From positions 876-64,875 of the forward strand of contig CAZNZN010000001.1 in the NCBI GenBank assembly GCA_964577515.1: a DNA stretch of 64,000 nucleotides. The letters run 5' to 3'. The DNA is from an uncultured Candidatus Saccharibacteria bacterium (lineage in GTDB: Bacteria; Patescibacteriota; Minisyncoccia; Phycocordibacterales; UBA9973). Both the position numbers and the translations under genes were made by a program. Positions 56,261-63,974 of this stretch are shown piece by piece (position 1 is the first letter of the stretch; each line of letters opens with the position of its first letter). The notes beneath the pieces were generated by a model. That model had not been told where the DNA came from, ran no database searches, and worked only from the letters and a program-made list of their open reading frames with translations.

Positions 56261-56344
56261 AAATGCCCTGTGGCACTATTTTACTCCCCTTTTATCAAAA
56301 ACAAAAATACTCTAGAAAATCTCTTCTAGAGTATTTTTGTTTTG

Positions 56345-56415
56345 TGCGGGATAGGGGAATCGGACTCCTGCTCTCAGTTTGGAAAACTGATGTTCTACCA
56401 TTAAACTAATCCCGC
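56345..56415 (-). tRNA. tRNA-Gly(TCC), atypical T-arm
   Basis: GCGGGAT/ATCCCGC acceptor stem, loop TTTCCAA, T-loop TCCGATT. Confidence 0.9.
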
Positions 56416-56484
56416 GTATTGTTATCTTAACAAAAAGTCGTTCAAAATCAAAGACTTTTTAGGGGCGCTATTTTAAACCCTAAG

Positions 56485-56557
56485 TCGGGGTGCCGGGATT
56501 CGAACCCGGAGTCACCTGTTCCCAAAACAGGCATGTTAGCCGTTACACCACACCCCG
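56485..56557 (-). tRNA. tRNA-Pro(TGG)
   Basis: CGGGGTG acceptor stem, loop TTTGGGA, GTTCGAATC. Confidence 0.95.
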
Positions 56558-56639
56558 ACTTAGCTTTCAAAGACCCAGCACTATTCGTATAGGAAAGTAC
56601 GAAGCACACTATACTACAAATCCTCTCGATTTACCAGAG

Positions 56640-56996
56640 TTACTCAATGTCAAAAATCTCCACAATAGATCCCTGCCCTGAGAGAAGCACCACAATCCCC
56701 TGTATACGGTAATGAGAAATCTTTTTTGTTGCTACATAATACTGCGCAGATACATACACCTTCTGCATTTTTTGTTTTGTCAGGTTTTCTGCTGGGTTTA
56801 TCAAACCTCCCTGTTTCCCTGTCTTTACCTCAAAAAAATACCAAGTAATCCCTTTTTTCGCGACAACGTCAATCTCTCCATATCGATTGGCGACATTTCG
56901 CTCAATAACAACGAAGCCATTCTTTTTGAGGAAATCGCAGGCAGCACTCTCTCCTAGCTCCCCAATTTTTTGTGTTTTAGAAGTAAAATGTTTCAC
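56640..56996 (-). CDS. yraN: YraN family (UPF0102) PD-(D/E)xK nuclease-like protein
   Basis: GELGESAA..L..GF.VIERN..GEIDVVA..FFEVKT; GTG start. Confidence 0.9.
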   Translation of the reverse strand: MKHFTSKTQKIGELGESAACDFLKKNGFVVIERNVANRYGEIDVVAKKGITWYFFEVKTGKQGGLINPAENLTKQKMQKVYVSAQYYVATKKISHYRIQGIVVLLSGQGSIVEIFDIE

Positions 56997-57131
56997 GTGA
57001 AACGTCTCCCCTCTCTTGTTTCATATGAAACAAATTAGGGCTTATGTACAAAGGTTTTTTAGCAACAAATCATAAGGACACTTCTAGTATACGCCATAAA
57101 AAGGCGTCTGTTATCCTATCTACACACACAC

Positions 57132-57140
57132 TTATCCACA
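57132..57140 (+). promoter_or_regulatory. Perfect DnaA box
   Basis: TTATCCACA in a 270-bp non-coding gap; degenerate copies nearby. Confidence 0.5.
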
Positions 57141-57267
57141 GTTTTGTCAAAAAAACTGAAAAATAAGGTGAAAAACAACATATACGACGCCTTTTGTCTA
57201 AAAGACGTCTCATAGCATGGTGCGTACCTATATAAAAAGCCCCTTATCAGGGACTTTTTATATTTTG

Positions 57268-57338
57268 TGCGGCTACAGAGAATCGAACTCTGGTCTCGTC
57301 CTTGGCAAGGACGCATTCTACCACTAAACCATAACCGC
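57268..57338 (-). tRNA. tRNA-Gly(GCC)
   Basis: Cloverleaf, loop TTGCCAA, GTTCGA; no encoded CCA. Confidence 0.95.
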
Positions 57339-57998
57339 TTATTCAAAGTTTTCATCCTGCGCTAAAGAAATCCATTTCATGATCTTTTTCTTTAAAACAG
57401 TACTTGAGATTATACTCATACCAGTACCATATTGCAATCTCCCAACCTCCTCCTTCCCCTTAATGATCTGAGTTTTATAAAACTGTTCTCTGGAAATACC
57501 TAAAAGGTTCGCCCACACTTCCTTGCACAAGGATTCGTTCAAAGCAGAAGAGATACTTAGACATACCCGCAACTTCTCCCTTGAAATACCTAGATATTTC
57601 AAGGAAAAAGCTAAAAAAATCTTATGGAGAGAAAAGTCGGTATTTGTAATCCTTACAAAATGTCTTGACTGCCTATCTCCTTCTCCTGCATAAATCATAA
57701 GCCCTGCCCAAAATAAGGGGTCTTTTCGATATAGTTGGTACTCTTTCTCCGCTTCTTTTTCAACAAGAGCATACTGGTACTGCAACTTAAGTTTCCGTAC
57801 CATGTTCATCCGCTCCATCCGTTCTTTTGAACCGCCTATATTTTTTTTGGAATGTTCTGAAGAAAGCTGTTTTGACCATTCTTCCCCCTTAAACCAGGTA
57901 GAAAGTGTTGCACGTGAAACTCCCGTATCGCGGTGTATTTCTCGGTAGGTTCTTCCCTCTCTACGCAATTGGAATATTCTTTGCTTATCAGGTCTCAT
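57339..57998 (-). CDS. HTH + LAGLIDADG-like domain protein
   Basis: N-terminal LRREGRTYREI..GVSRATLSTW; AGLMIYAGEG..VRITNTD. Confidence 0.7.
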   Translation of the reverse strand: MRPDKQRIFQLRREGRTYREIHRDTGVSRATLSTWFKGEEWSKQLSSEHSKKNIGGSKERMERMNMVRKLKLQYQYALVEKEAEKEYQLYRKDPLFWAGLMIYAGEGDRQSRHFVRITNTDFSLHKIFLAFSLKYLGISREKLRVCLSISSALNESLCKEVWANLLGISREQFYKTQIIKGKEEVGRLQYGTGMSIISSTVLKKKIMKWISLAQDENFE

Positions 57999-58064
57999 TA
58001 TTTATAAGTATAATACGACGGTTTTATTTTACAAATCTAACGTCTTGTACTATTATTAAGACAC

Positions 58065-58136
58065 GCACCTATGGTGAAATGGATATCACAGCGGTCTTCG
58101 GAACCGTTATTCTGGGTTCGAGTCCTGGTAGGTGCA
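58065..58136 (+). tRNA. tRNA-Arg(TCG)
   Basis: GCACCTA/TAGGTGC acceptor stem, loop CTTCGGA, GTTCGAGTC; no encoded CCA. Confidence 0.95.
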
Positions 58137-58149
58137 CAAAGTAATCTCT

Positions 58150-59661
58150 ATGAAAAAAATAAATAAAGAACAAATCCCTCTATTTGTTTCACATGTAACA
58201 AAGCGCCTGCAAGATGCTGGGTTTGAAGCCTACCTAGTCGGTGGATGTGTCCGAGACCTTCTTATGGGGAACAAGCCCAAAGATTGGGACCTTACAACTA
58301 ACGCTCGCCCGGAAGAGGTCCAAGCTGTATTCTCAGAACTCAAGACCGTGTACGAAAACACCTTTGGAACGGTTACCATTTTAAACATGCCCCCAGAGGA
58401 AACTATAGGTGTTACACGTGTAACACCTGACCAAGACAATACCGTCCAGGCAACAACATATCGTTCTGAAGGAGGGTATAGTGACAACCGTCGTCCTGAC
58501 ACTGTTTCCTATGAAACAGTGCTCGAAAAAGATCTTGAACGCCGAGATTTCACCATAAACGCCATAGCCTATGACCCCATAAAAGACATTGTAAAAGACA
58601 TATTTGAAGGTATAAAAGACATAAAAGACAAAGTTGTTTCTTGTGTCCTTGAGCCAAGTACTCGCTTCCGAGAGGATGCTCTCCGTATGGTTCGTGCAGT
58701 AAGGTTTTCCACAACACTAGGATTTTCTATTGCACCAGGTACACTAAGTGCGATAGAGAAGGAGCACCGTCTTGCACAGCACCTTTCTCAGGAAAGAATC
58801 CGCGATGAGCTTCTCAAAATAATCTCTTCAAAAGAACCAGCCTACGGGGTAGACCTTTTGCAAAAAACAGGACTTCTTTCCCATATACTCCCAGAGCTTG
58901 AGGAAGGGCTTGGATGTGAACAAAAAGGGGCCCATATTTATGATGTCTACCAACACTGTCTCCACGCACTCCAGCATGCAGCGGACAAAAACTTTTCATT
59001 AGAGGTACGTCTTGCTGCACTTTTCCATGATATTGGGAAGCCAAGAACGCGCCGATATGACAGCAAGAAAGACAAATACACCTTTTTTGGACATGAAGTA
59101 GTAGGGGCAAAAATGGCAAAGATAGCACTCGAACGATTAAAAGTCTCACGTGAAACAGTCTCACGTGTAACATCCCTGGTGCGAAACCATATGTTTTTCT
59201 CAGATACCGAGCAGATCACGCTCTCTGCGGTTCGACGTATTATTGCAAAAGTAGGACCTGAACATATATGGGAACTCATGCAGGTCCGAGAATGTGACCG
59301 TGTAGGTATGAAAAAGGCTGAAGCGCCATACCGACTCCGCAAGTATCACGCTATGATTGAGGAAGCACTTCGAGACCCGATATCTGTGGGGCAGCTTGCT
59401 ATAGACGGAAACTACCTCATGAAGGAGTTAGATATGAAACCAGGACCTCGTATGGGGTGGCTTCTCCATGCGCTCCTTGAAGAGGTACTCGAAAACCCAA
59501 GCATAAATACTGTTGAACAACTCACAGAACGAGTAAAAGACCTCGAGGAACTCGAAGACAAAGACTTAAAAACACTAGGGGAGAAGGGGAAGGAGAAGAA
59601 AGAGGAAGTAAATGAAGGAGAAGTACAGCAATTGCACGCGAAACATAACGTAAAAAAATAA
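58150..59661 (+). CDS. cca: CCA tRNA nucleotidyltransferase with HD domain
   Basis: LVGGCVRD..KDWD, DLERRDFTINA, EDALRMVR, ERIRDEL, HDIGK; start ATG 58150. Confidence 0.93.
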   Translation: MKKINKEQIPLFVSHVTKRLQDAGFEAYLVGGCVRDLLMGNKPKDWDLTTNARPEEVQAVFSELKTVYENTFGTVTILNMPPEETIGVTRVTPDQDNTVQATTYRSEGGYSDNRRPDTVSYETVLEKDLERRDFTINAIAYDPIKDIVKDIFEGIKDIKDKVVSCVLEPSTRFREDALRMVRAVRFSTTLGFSIAPGTLSAIEKEHRLAQHLSQERIRDELLKIISSKEPAYGVDLLQKTGLLSHILPELEEGLGCEQKGAHIYDVYQHCLHALQHAADKNFSLEVRLAALFHDIGKPRTRRYDSKKDKYTFFGHEVVGAKMAKIALERLKVSRETVSRVTSLVRNHMFFSDTEQITLSAVRRIIAKVGPEHIWELMQVRECDRVGMKKAEAPYRLRKYHAMIEEALRDPISVGQLAIDGNYLMKELDMKPGPRMGWLLHALLEEVLENPSINTVEQLTERVKDLEELEDKDLKTLGEKGKEKKEEVNEGEVQQLHAKHNVKK

Positions 59662-59676
59662 CCCCTTTCCAGGAGG

Positions 59677-60165
59677 TTAGTTTTTTTGTAATGCATGCGG
59701 AGAAACCACCAAAGGAGAAAAAGCTGTGGTATCCAAGACATCAGAGCAACAATAATCAGTCTCCTCCTTAGTAAAAAGCGCTTCATTTGCTTTTTTACTA
59801 TAGGAAAGTTGATCCAGTACCCTGCAATACAGTGCTTCATTTTTTGAAAGCACCCTGCTAAGCAACCTGCGGTCTTTTCGTGAAAGAAGGTACTCTTCTT
59901 TCATAAGAGCTGCTAGGGAATTACCTTTGGAGACGATCCATTCAAGCTGTAATGTTGCGTGTTCTAACATTGAAACGGTGTCAAACACATGATAGCGCAG
60001 TACCCAAAGGTTGATCGCTGTAGTTTGCCGATAGATAAGACAGATTGCTTCAAACAATCTAAGAAACATGGTGATATTTTTGGGACACTCTCTATAAGAG
60101 ATCTCTTGCCAAAAATCAGCCAGTCCACTCGTGATTTGATCATGGTTTTTAAAGGTTCTCTTCAT
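59677..60165 (-). CDS. Hypothetical orphan protein
   Basis: ATG 60165, lying between two hairpins. Confidence 0.5.
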   Translation of the reverse strand: MKRTFKNHDQITSGLADFWQEISYRECPKNITMFLRLFEAICLIYRQTTAINLWVLRYHVFDTVSMLEHATLQLEWIVSKGNSLAALMKEEYLLSRKDRRLLSRVLSKNEALYCRVLDQLSYSKKANEALFTKEETDYCCSDVLDTTAFSPLVVSPHALQKN

Positions 60166-60235
60166 AAAAAGCTTTTCTTGAGTATAACAAAACCCCCTTC
60201 TTAGAGAAGGGGGGAGAAATGGGAGAGGTCGTTGA

Positions 60236-60457
60236 CTAACACATACCAGAAGTGAGCATTCGTTCCTTTTGCGCTCTTTTAGCGCTTCTGTATTGGAAAA
60301 ATCCCCAAACAAGCGTCACAAGAGCCGCCAGAGCAGAAAGCCCTGCAATGACAACGGCAAACAATGTTACCGGCTGAACCTTAAAGAGAAAGACAATGCT
60401 TACACCAATGATACCCGCACCAGCGAAGCATCCGGCAAGAACAAGTGGTAGTTTCAT
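60236..60457 (-). CDS. Small two-TM hypothetical protein
   Basis: Two hydrophobic helices, basic tail. Confidence 0.55.
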   Translation of the reverse strand: MKLPLVLAGCFAGAGIIGVSIVFLFKVQPVTLFAVVIAGLSALAALVTLVWGFFQYRSAKRAQKERMLTSGMC

Positions 60458-60515
60458 AAACAACAGGTTTATATGTTTTGCATCATACTACCACAAAACA
60501 GCTTGTCGTACAGAG

Positions 60516-61310
60516 CTAATCACTGAGTTCAAGCACGACAGGGCAGTGATCACTCCCAAAAACGTCTGGCAAAATACTTGCATGTACAACTCGATCTCGA
60601 AGAGTAGCGCTTGCAACTATATAGTCGATACGCCACCCAACATTGCGTTCGCGTGCTTTTGCAAAGTGGCTCCACCATGTATATCCACCGTTTCCGTTAT
60701 GGAATAGCCGGTAGGTGTCGACAAAACCTGCAGCAACAATGCGGTCGAATCCTTCACGTTCTTCATCAGTAACCCCCTTGTTGCCAACATTATCCTTTGG
60801 ACGAGCGAGGTCATCTGGAGTATGTGCGACGTTGAGATCCCCACAGAATACCACCGGCTTTTTCTCCTCGAGCTGTTTCATATAAGCGAGAAATGCTGGA
60901 TCCCACCCCTTGTGCCGAAGAGGAAGGCGAGAAAGGTCGTCTTTTGCATTTGGCGTATAGACGGTCACGACAAACATATCTGCAAACTCTGCAGCAATAA
61001 CGCGCCCTTCAGTGTTGAGGTCTCCATATTCATCAACGAGGGAGTATTTTTTTGCGATAGCTTCCGGTATATCGTTTGTCACAGAGAGCGGTTTTTGTTT
61101 TGAAAAAAGAGCAGTACCACTATACCCCTTACGCGATGCACTGTTCCAATACTCGTAATACTGCGAAAGATCAACTTCGTTTTGGTGCTGCTCTGCTTTT
61201 GTTTCTTGAAGACACAAGACATCTGGATCGTGCGTTTTGATAAATGGAAGGAGAAGTCCCTTTTTATGTACCGCTCTGATACCGTTGACGTTCCAAGAGA
61301 TGATTTTCAT
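60516..61310 (-). CDS. xth: Exodeoxyribonuclease III / AP endonuclease
   Basis: SWNVNGIRA, LQETK, GDLNVAH, YTWWS, GWRIDY, GSDHCPV. Confidence 0.96.
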   Translation of the reverse strand: MKIISWNVNGIRAVHKKGLLLPFIKTHDPDVLCLQETKAEQHQNEVDLSQYYEYWNSASRKGYSGTALFSKQKPLSVTNDIPEAIAKKYSLVDEYGDLNTEGRVIAAEFADMFVVTVYTPNAKDDLSRLPLRHKGWDPAFLAYMKQLEEKKPVVFCGDLNVAHTPDDLARPKDNVGNKGVTDEEREGFDRIVAAGFVDTYRLFHNGNGGYTWWSHFAKARERNVGWRIDYIVASATLRDRVVHASILPDVFGSDHCPVVLELSD

Positions 61311-61349
61311 ACTTCTCATCATAACAAAAAAATCGACCAAAAGGTCGAT

Positions 61350-61670
61350 TCACAAAAAAGATGCAAGCACGTACTTTTTTTCTTCGGCAGAAAGTGCCTG
61401 ACTCATGCACTGGTACTTCACCCCTCCAATATAAGCTTCTTTGACCTCTGATGAGTGAACATCTGCAAAAGAAAGCGACGGTTTCTCCTTCGTATCCTTC
61501 CCATACGTCGTATGAAGTATCTGACGAATAGCCCACACAAACTCTTCGAGTCCTGTAGCTTGGAGTGGTATTACTGAGCGTTTGGGAGCGAAAAGGACTG
61601 CTTCTGCAACAATGCACGATATATGTGTATACTGCGTTTCAACTCTCCGAATTTCTTTTATATAGAGCAT
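61350..61670 (-). CDS. Hypothetical orphan protein
   Basis: ATG 61670 after a terminator and a TGC-TATAAC box. Confidence 0.45.
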   Translation of the reverse strand: MLYIKEIRRVETQYTHISCIVAEAVLFAPKRSVIPLQATGLEEFVWAIRQILHTTYGKDTKEKPSLSFADVHSSEVKEAYIGGVKYQCMSQALSAEEKKYVLASFL

Positions 61671-61771
61671 GGTTAGACATTTTTGTTTGTTATAGCACAA
61701 AAACTACTTACCCAAAAACACACAAGCCCCGGTCTTTCGACACGGGGCTTTTCATACTTCACAAAATCAAA

Positions 61772-62485
61772 TTACTTTGCCTCACCAGCAGACGAATTTT
61801 CTGCGGGCTTAACATCAGCCGGCTTCTCCTCTTTTTTTACAGGAGGAATAACCTTGAAACCGCCATTGTCAAACACCTGTAAAGTACATCCGGTATCTGC
61901 TGCTTGCTTAAACATTTCTTTCATGTCCAACGCGGGAGTAACAGCGGTACGATGAGCAGGAGCCGGAGGCGATGGGGGTATGTGATTTTGTATTGTTATC
62001 GGAGTTTGATTTTGCCTTGTAAGCATATAGATTACAAAAGCAATCAGTCCGAAAAACAACAGAAGCCACAGAGGCCACAACCATCCGAGGTCATCATACC
62101 AGTAATAATGGTGATGGCGACATTCCGGAGCCGGCATCCTCTTGTAGGAAATGTGTCGATTGAAACTACCACTTACCTCCTTGAGGTTTGAAACCGCAGG
62201 AGGGAAAAAGCGTTCGGGCACATTGGGGATACCGGGGAACATTGTTCCTGAACCAGCGTAATCCTCAACGACGATTGAGTCGTTGAAGCTCTGGGTGATG
62301 ATCCCTTTAGCCCTTTTTTCTTCCACCACATACCTCCACGGACGCGGAGCGGGAGGAGACATTTTAACCGGCTTGGGCTGGATGCAAGGACAGGTGTCTT
62401 TTTTCACAGGTGCAAAAGACGGCTGCGCAGTGGCGCAAAAAGTCAGGATGGTGCTGGTCAGTACCAGCATGAAGAAATTCTTCAT
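61772..62485 (-). CDS. Hypothetical exported, membrane-anchored Pro-rich protein
   Basis: Signal peptide ATA-Q, Trp-rich TM helix; promoter TTGACA-17-TACAAT. Confidence 0.65.
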   Translation of the reverse strand: MKNFFMLVLTSTILTFCATAQPSFAPVKKDTCPCIQPKPVKMSPPAPRPWRYVVEEKRAKGIITQSFNDSIVVEDYAGSGTMFPGIPNVPERFFPPAVSNLKEVSGSFNRHISYKRMPAPECRHHHYYWYDDLGWLWPLWLLLFFGLIAFVIYMLTRQNQTPITIQNHIPPSPPAPAHRTAVTPALDMKEMFKQAADTGCTLQVFDNGGFKVIPPVKKEEKPADVKPAENSSAGEAK

Positions 62486-62593
62486 TTTAATTGATTTTGA
62501 GAGTTAAAGATCAGTCCACTTGTATTTAGGCGGGACCAGTTATGCCTTTATGTATTTAAATAAATTGTAGCACCTTTTAGCTTTTTTGTCAAG

Positions 62594-63499
62594 CTATCGC
62601 TTTGAATGGAACTTTTTGTGAACTTCGCGAAGTTGTTTGTCAGTGATATGGGTATATACCTGGGTTGTCGCAATATTTGCGTGTCCAAGCATCATCTGCA
62701 CACTACGGATATCTGCACCATTCGAAAGAAGGTCTGTTGCAAACGAGTGCCTCAGCACGTGTGGGGTCACCTTCTTTGAAATACCTGCCTTTATCGCATA
62801 GTGTTTGACGGTGCGCTCTATAGAGCGGGGAGTGAGTCGGCCCGCGGTGTCGTTGTTTGAACTGTTGACGAACAATGGCTCTGCCATATCTTTACGTGCT
62901 TTGAGGTATGTAGCGATTGCTGCTTTCGCATCATCAGAAAGAAACACCACTCGTACTTTTTCACCTTTCCCACGAATAGAGAACTCATCTTTTGAAAGAT
63001 CGAGATCGCGGTTTAGTGAACAAAGCTCTGAAAGACGAAGTCCAGTAGAGAAAAAGAGTTCAAGCAATGCTTTGTCACGCATCCCTCGTAGGGTAGCGGT
63101 ATCAGGCGCCTTCAGTAAACGAGAGAGCTCATCGACAGAGATCAGATCAAGATGTCGAGCACCGGTCTTTGCAAGCTCGATCACATCAGGCGCAACAGCG
63201 ACAATGTTTCGTTTGCGACAATATTTCAAAAAAGACCGGAGCGCTATCATGTAGTAGTTCTGTGTATTCTTCTTCATTGTTGCCGCAGCTTGCCCACGCA
63301 CCTTGACCCCTGGCGCTCGATTGAGCTTGAGACGGAACTCTCTCAAAAGATCTTCAGTGATGTCTGCTACCTTTTGTACCTGCATATCGAGCGCAAAACG
63401 ACTAAGATACCGATCATAGTTCTCGACCGTTTTGAGGCTGCGCCCTTTTTCTATTTCTATATATTCGAGAAACTGTCGTTTCGCAGCAGAAAAATCCAT
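62594..63499 (-). CDS. XerC/XerD-family tyrosine recombinase
   Basis: TGLRLSEL, GKGEK, HVLRHSFATDLL, LGHANIATTQVY. Confidence 0.93.
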   Translation of the reverse strand: MDFSAAKRQFLEYIEIEKGRSLKTVENYDRYLSRFALDMQVQKVADITEDLLREFRLKLNRAPGVKVRGQAAATMKKNTQNYYMIALRSFLKYCRKRNIVAVAPDVIELAKTGARHLDLISVDELSRLLKAPDTATLRGMRDKALLELFFSTGLRLSELCSLNRDLDLSKDEFSIRGKGEKVRVVFLSDDAKAAIATYLKARKDMAEPLFVNSSNNDTAGRLTPRSIERTVKHYAIKAGISKKVTPHVLRHSFATDLLSNGADIRSVQMMLGHANIATTQVYTHITDKQLREVHKKFHSKR

Positions 63500-63590
63500 A
63501 CCTTGTATATATAGTATAGCCGAAAGACCCGCTATTGTGCGACATAAACATGAGACTTGCTTTTTTTATTGAATATGTTAGAATAGCATC

Positions 63591-63851
63591 ATGCTAACGT
63601 CGAAGAAAAAACAATCAATCATCAAAAAGCACCAGGTACACGACAAGGATACTGGTTCTAAAAAGGTGCAGGTTGCAGTGTTGACTGAGACTATCGATAA
63701 GCTTGCTGACCATTTGAAAAAGCACAAGAAGGACAACCACTCTCGTCGCGGACTCATCAAGATGGTTGCACACCGTCGTAGTCACCTCAAGGTACTTGAG
63801 AAATCAAATCCAAAGCAATACGCTGAAGCACTCAAGATTGTAAAATCATAA
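63591..63851 (+). CDS. rpsO: 30S ribosomal protein S15
   Basis: DTGS..VQVA.LT..HLKKHKKDNHSRRGL. Confidence 0.97.
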   Translation: MLTSKKKQSIIKKHQVHDKDTGSKKVQVAVLTETIDKLADHLKKHKKDNHSRRGLIKMVAHRRSHLKVLEKSNPKQYAEALKIVKS

Positions 63852-63974
63852 AACAAAAAATCATCCTTCGACATGTTCAGGATGATTTTTTGTTTGTGCG
63901 CTATACTTAGCAAGGTACTTATATTTTTTATACACAAACAGTCAGTACCGCTGTTACTAATCATTTTTTATACT

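Larger units (their letters stand above)
56989..59172. repeat. parS: Cluster of parS-like 16-bp palindromes
   Basis: Matches to TGTTTCACGTGAAACA at 56989, 57017, 57906, 58185, 58410, 58503, 59142, 59157. Confidence 0.8.

Noticed and set aside
58579-58631. Four TAAAAGACA-like repeats in cca
   Set aside because: Short, irregularly spaced, in-frame (IKD/VKD) low complexity; not a CRISPR array or iterons
62594-63499. Tyrosine recombinase as a prophage or integron integrase
   Set aside because: Size and motifs fit a housekeeping Xer; no IntI insertion, att duplication or phage genes seen
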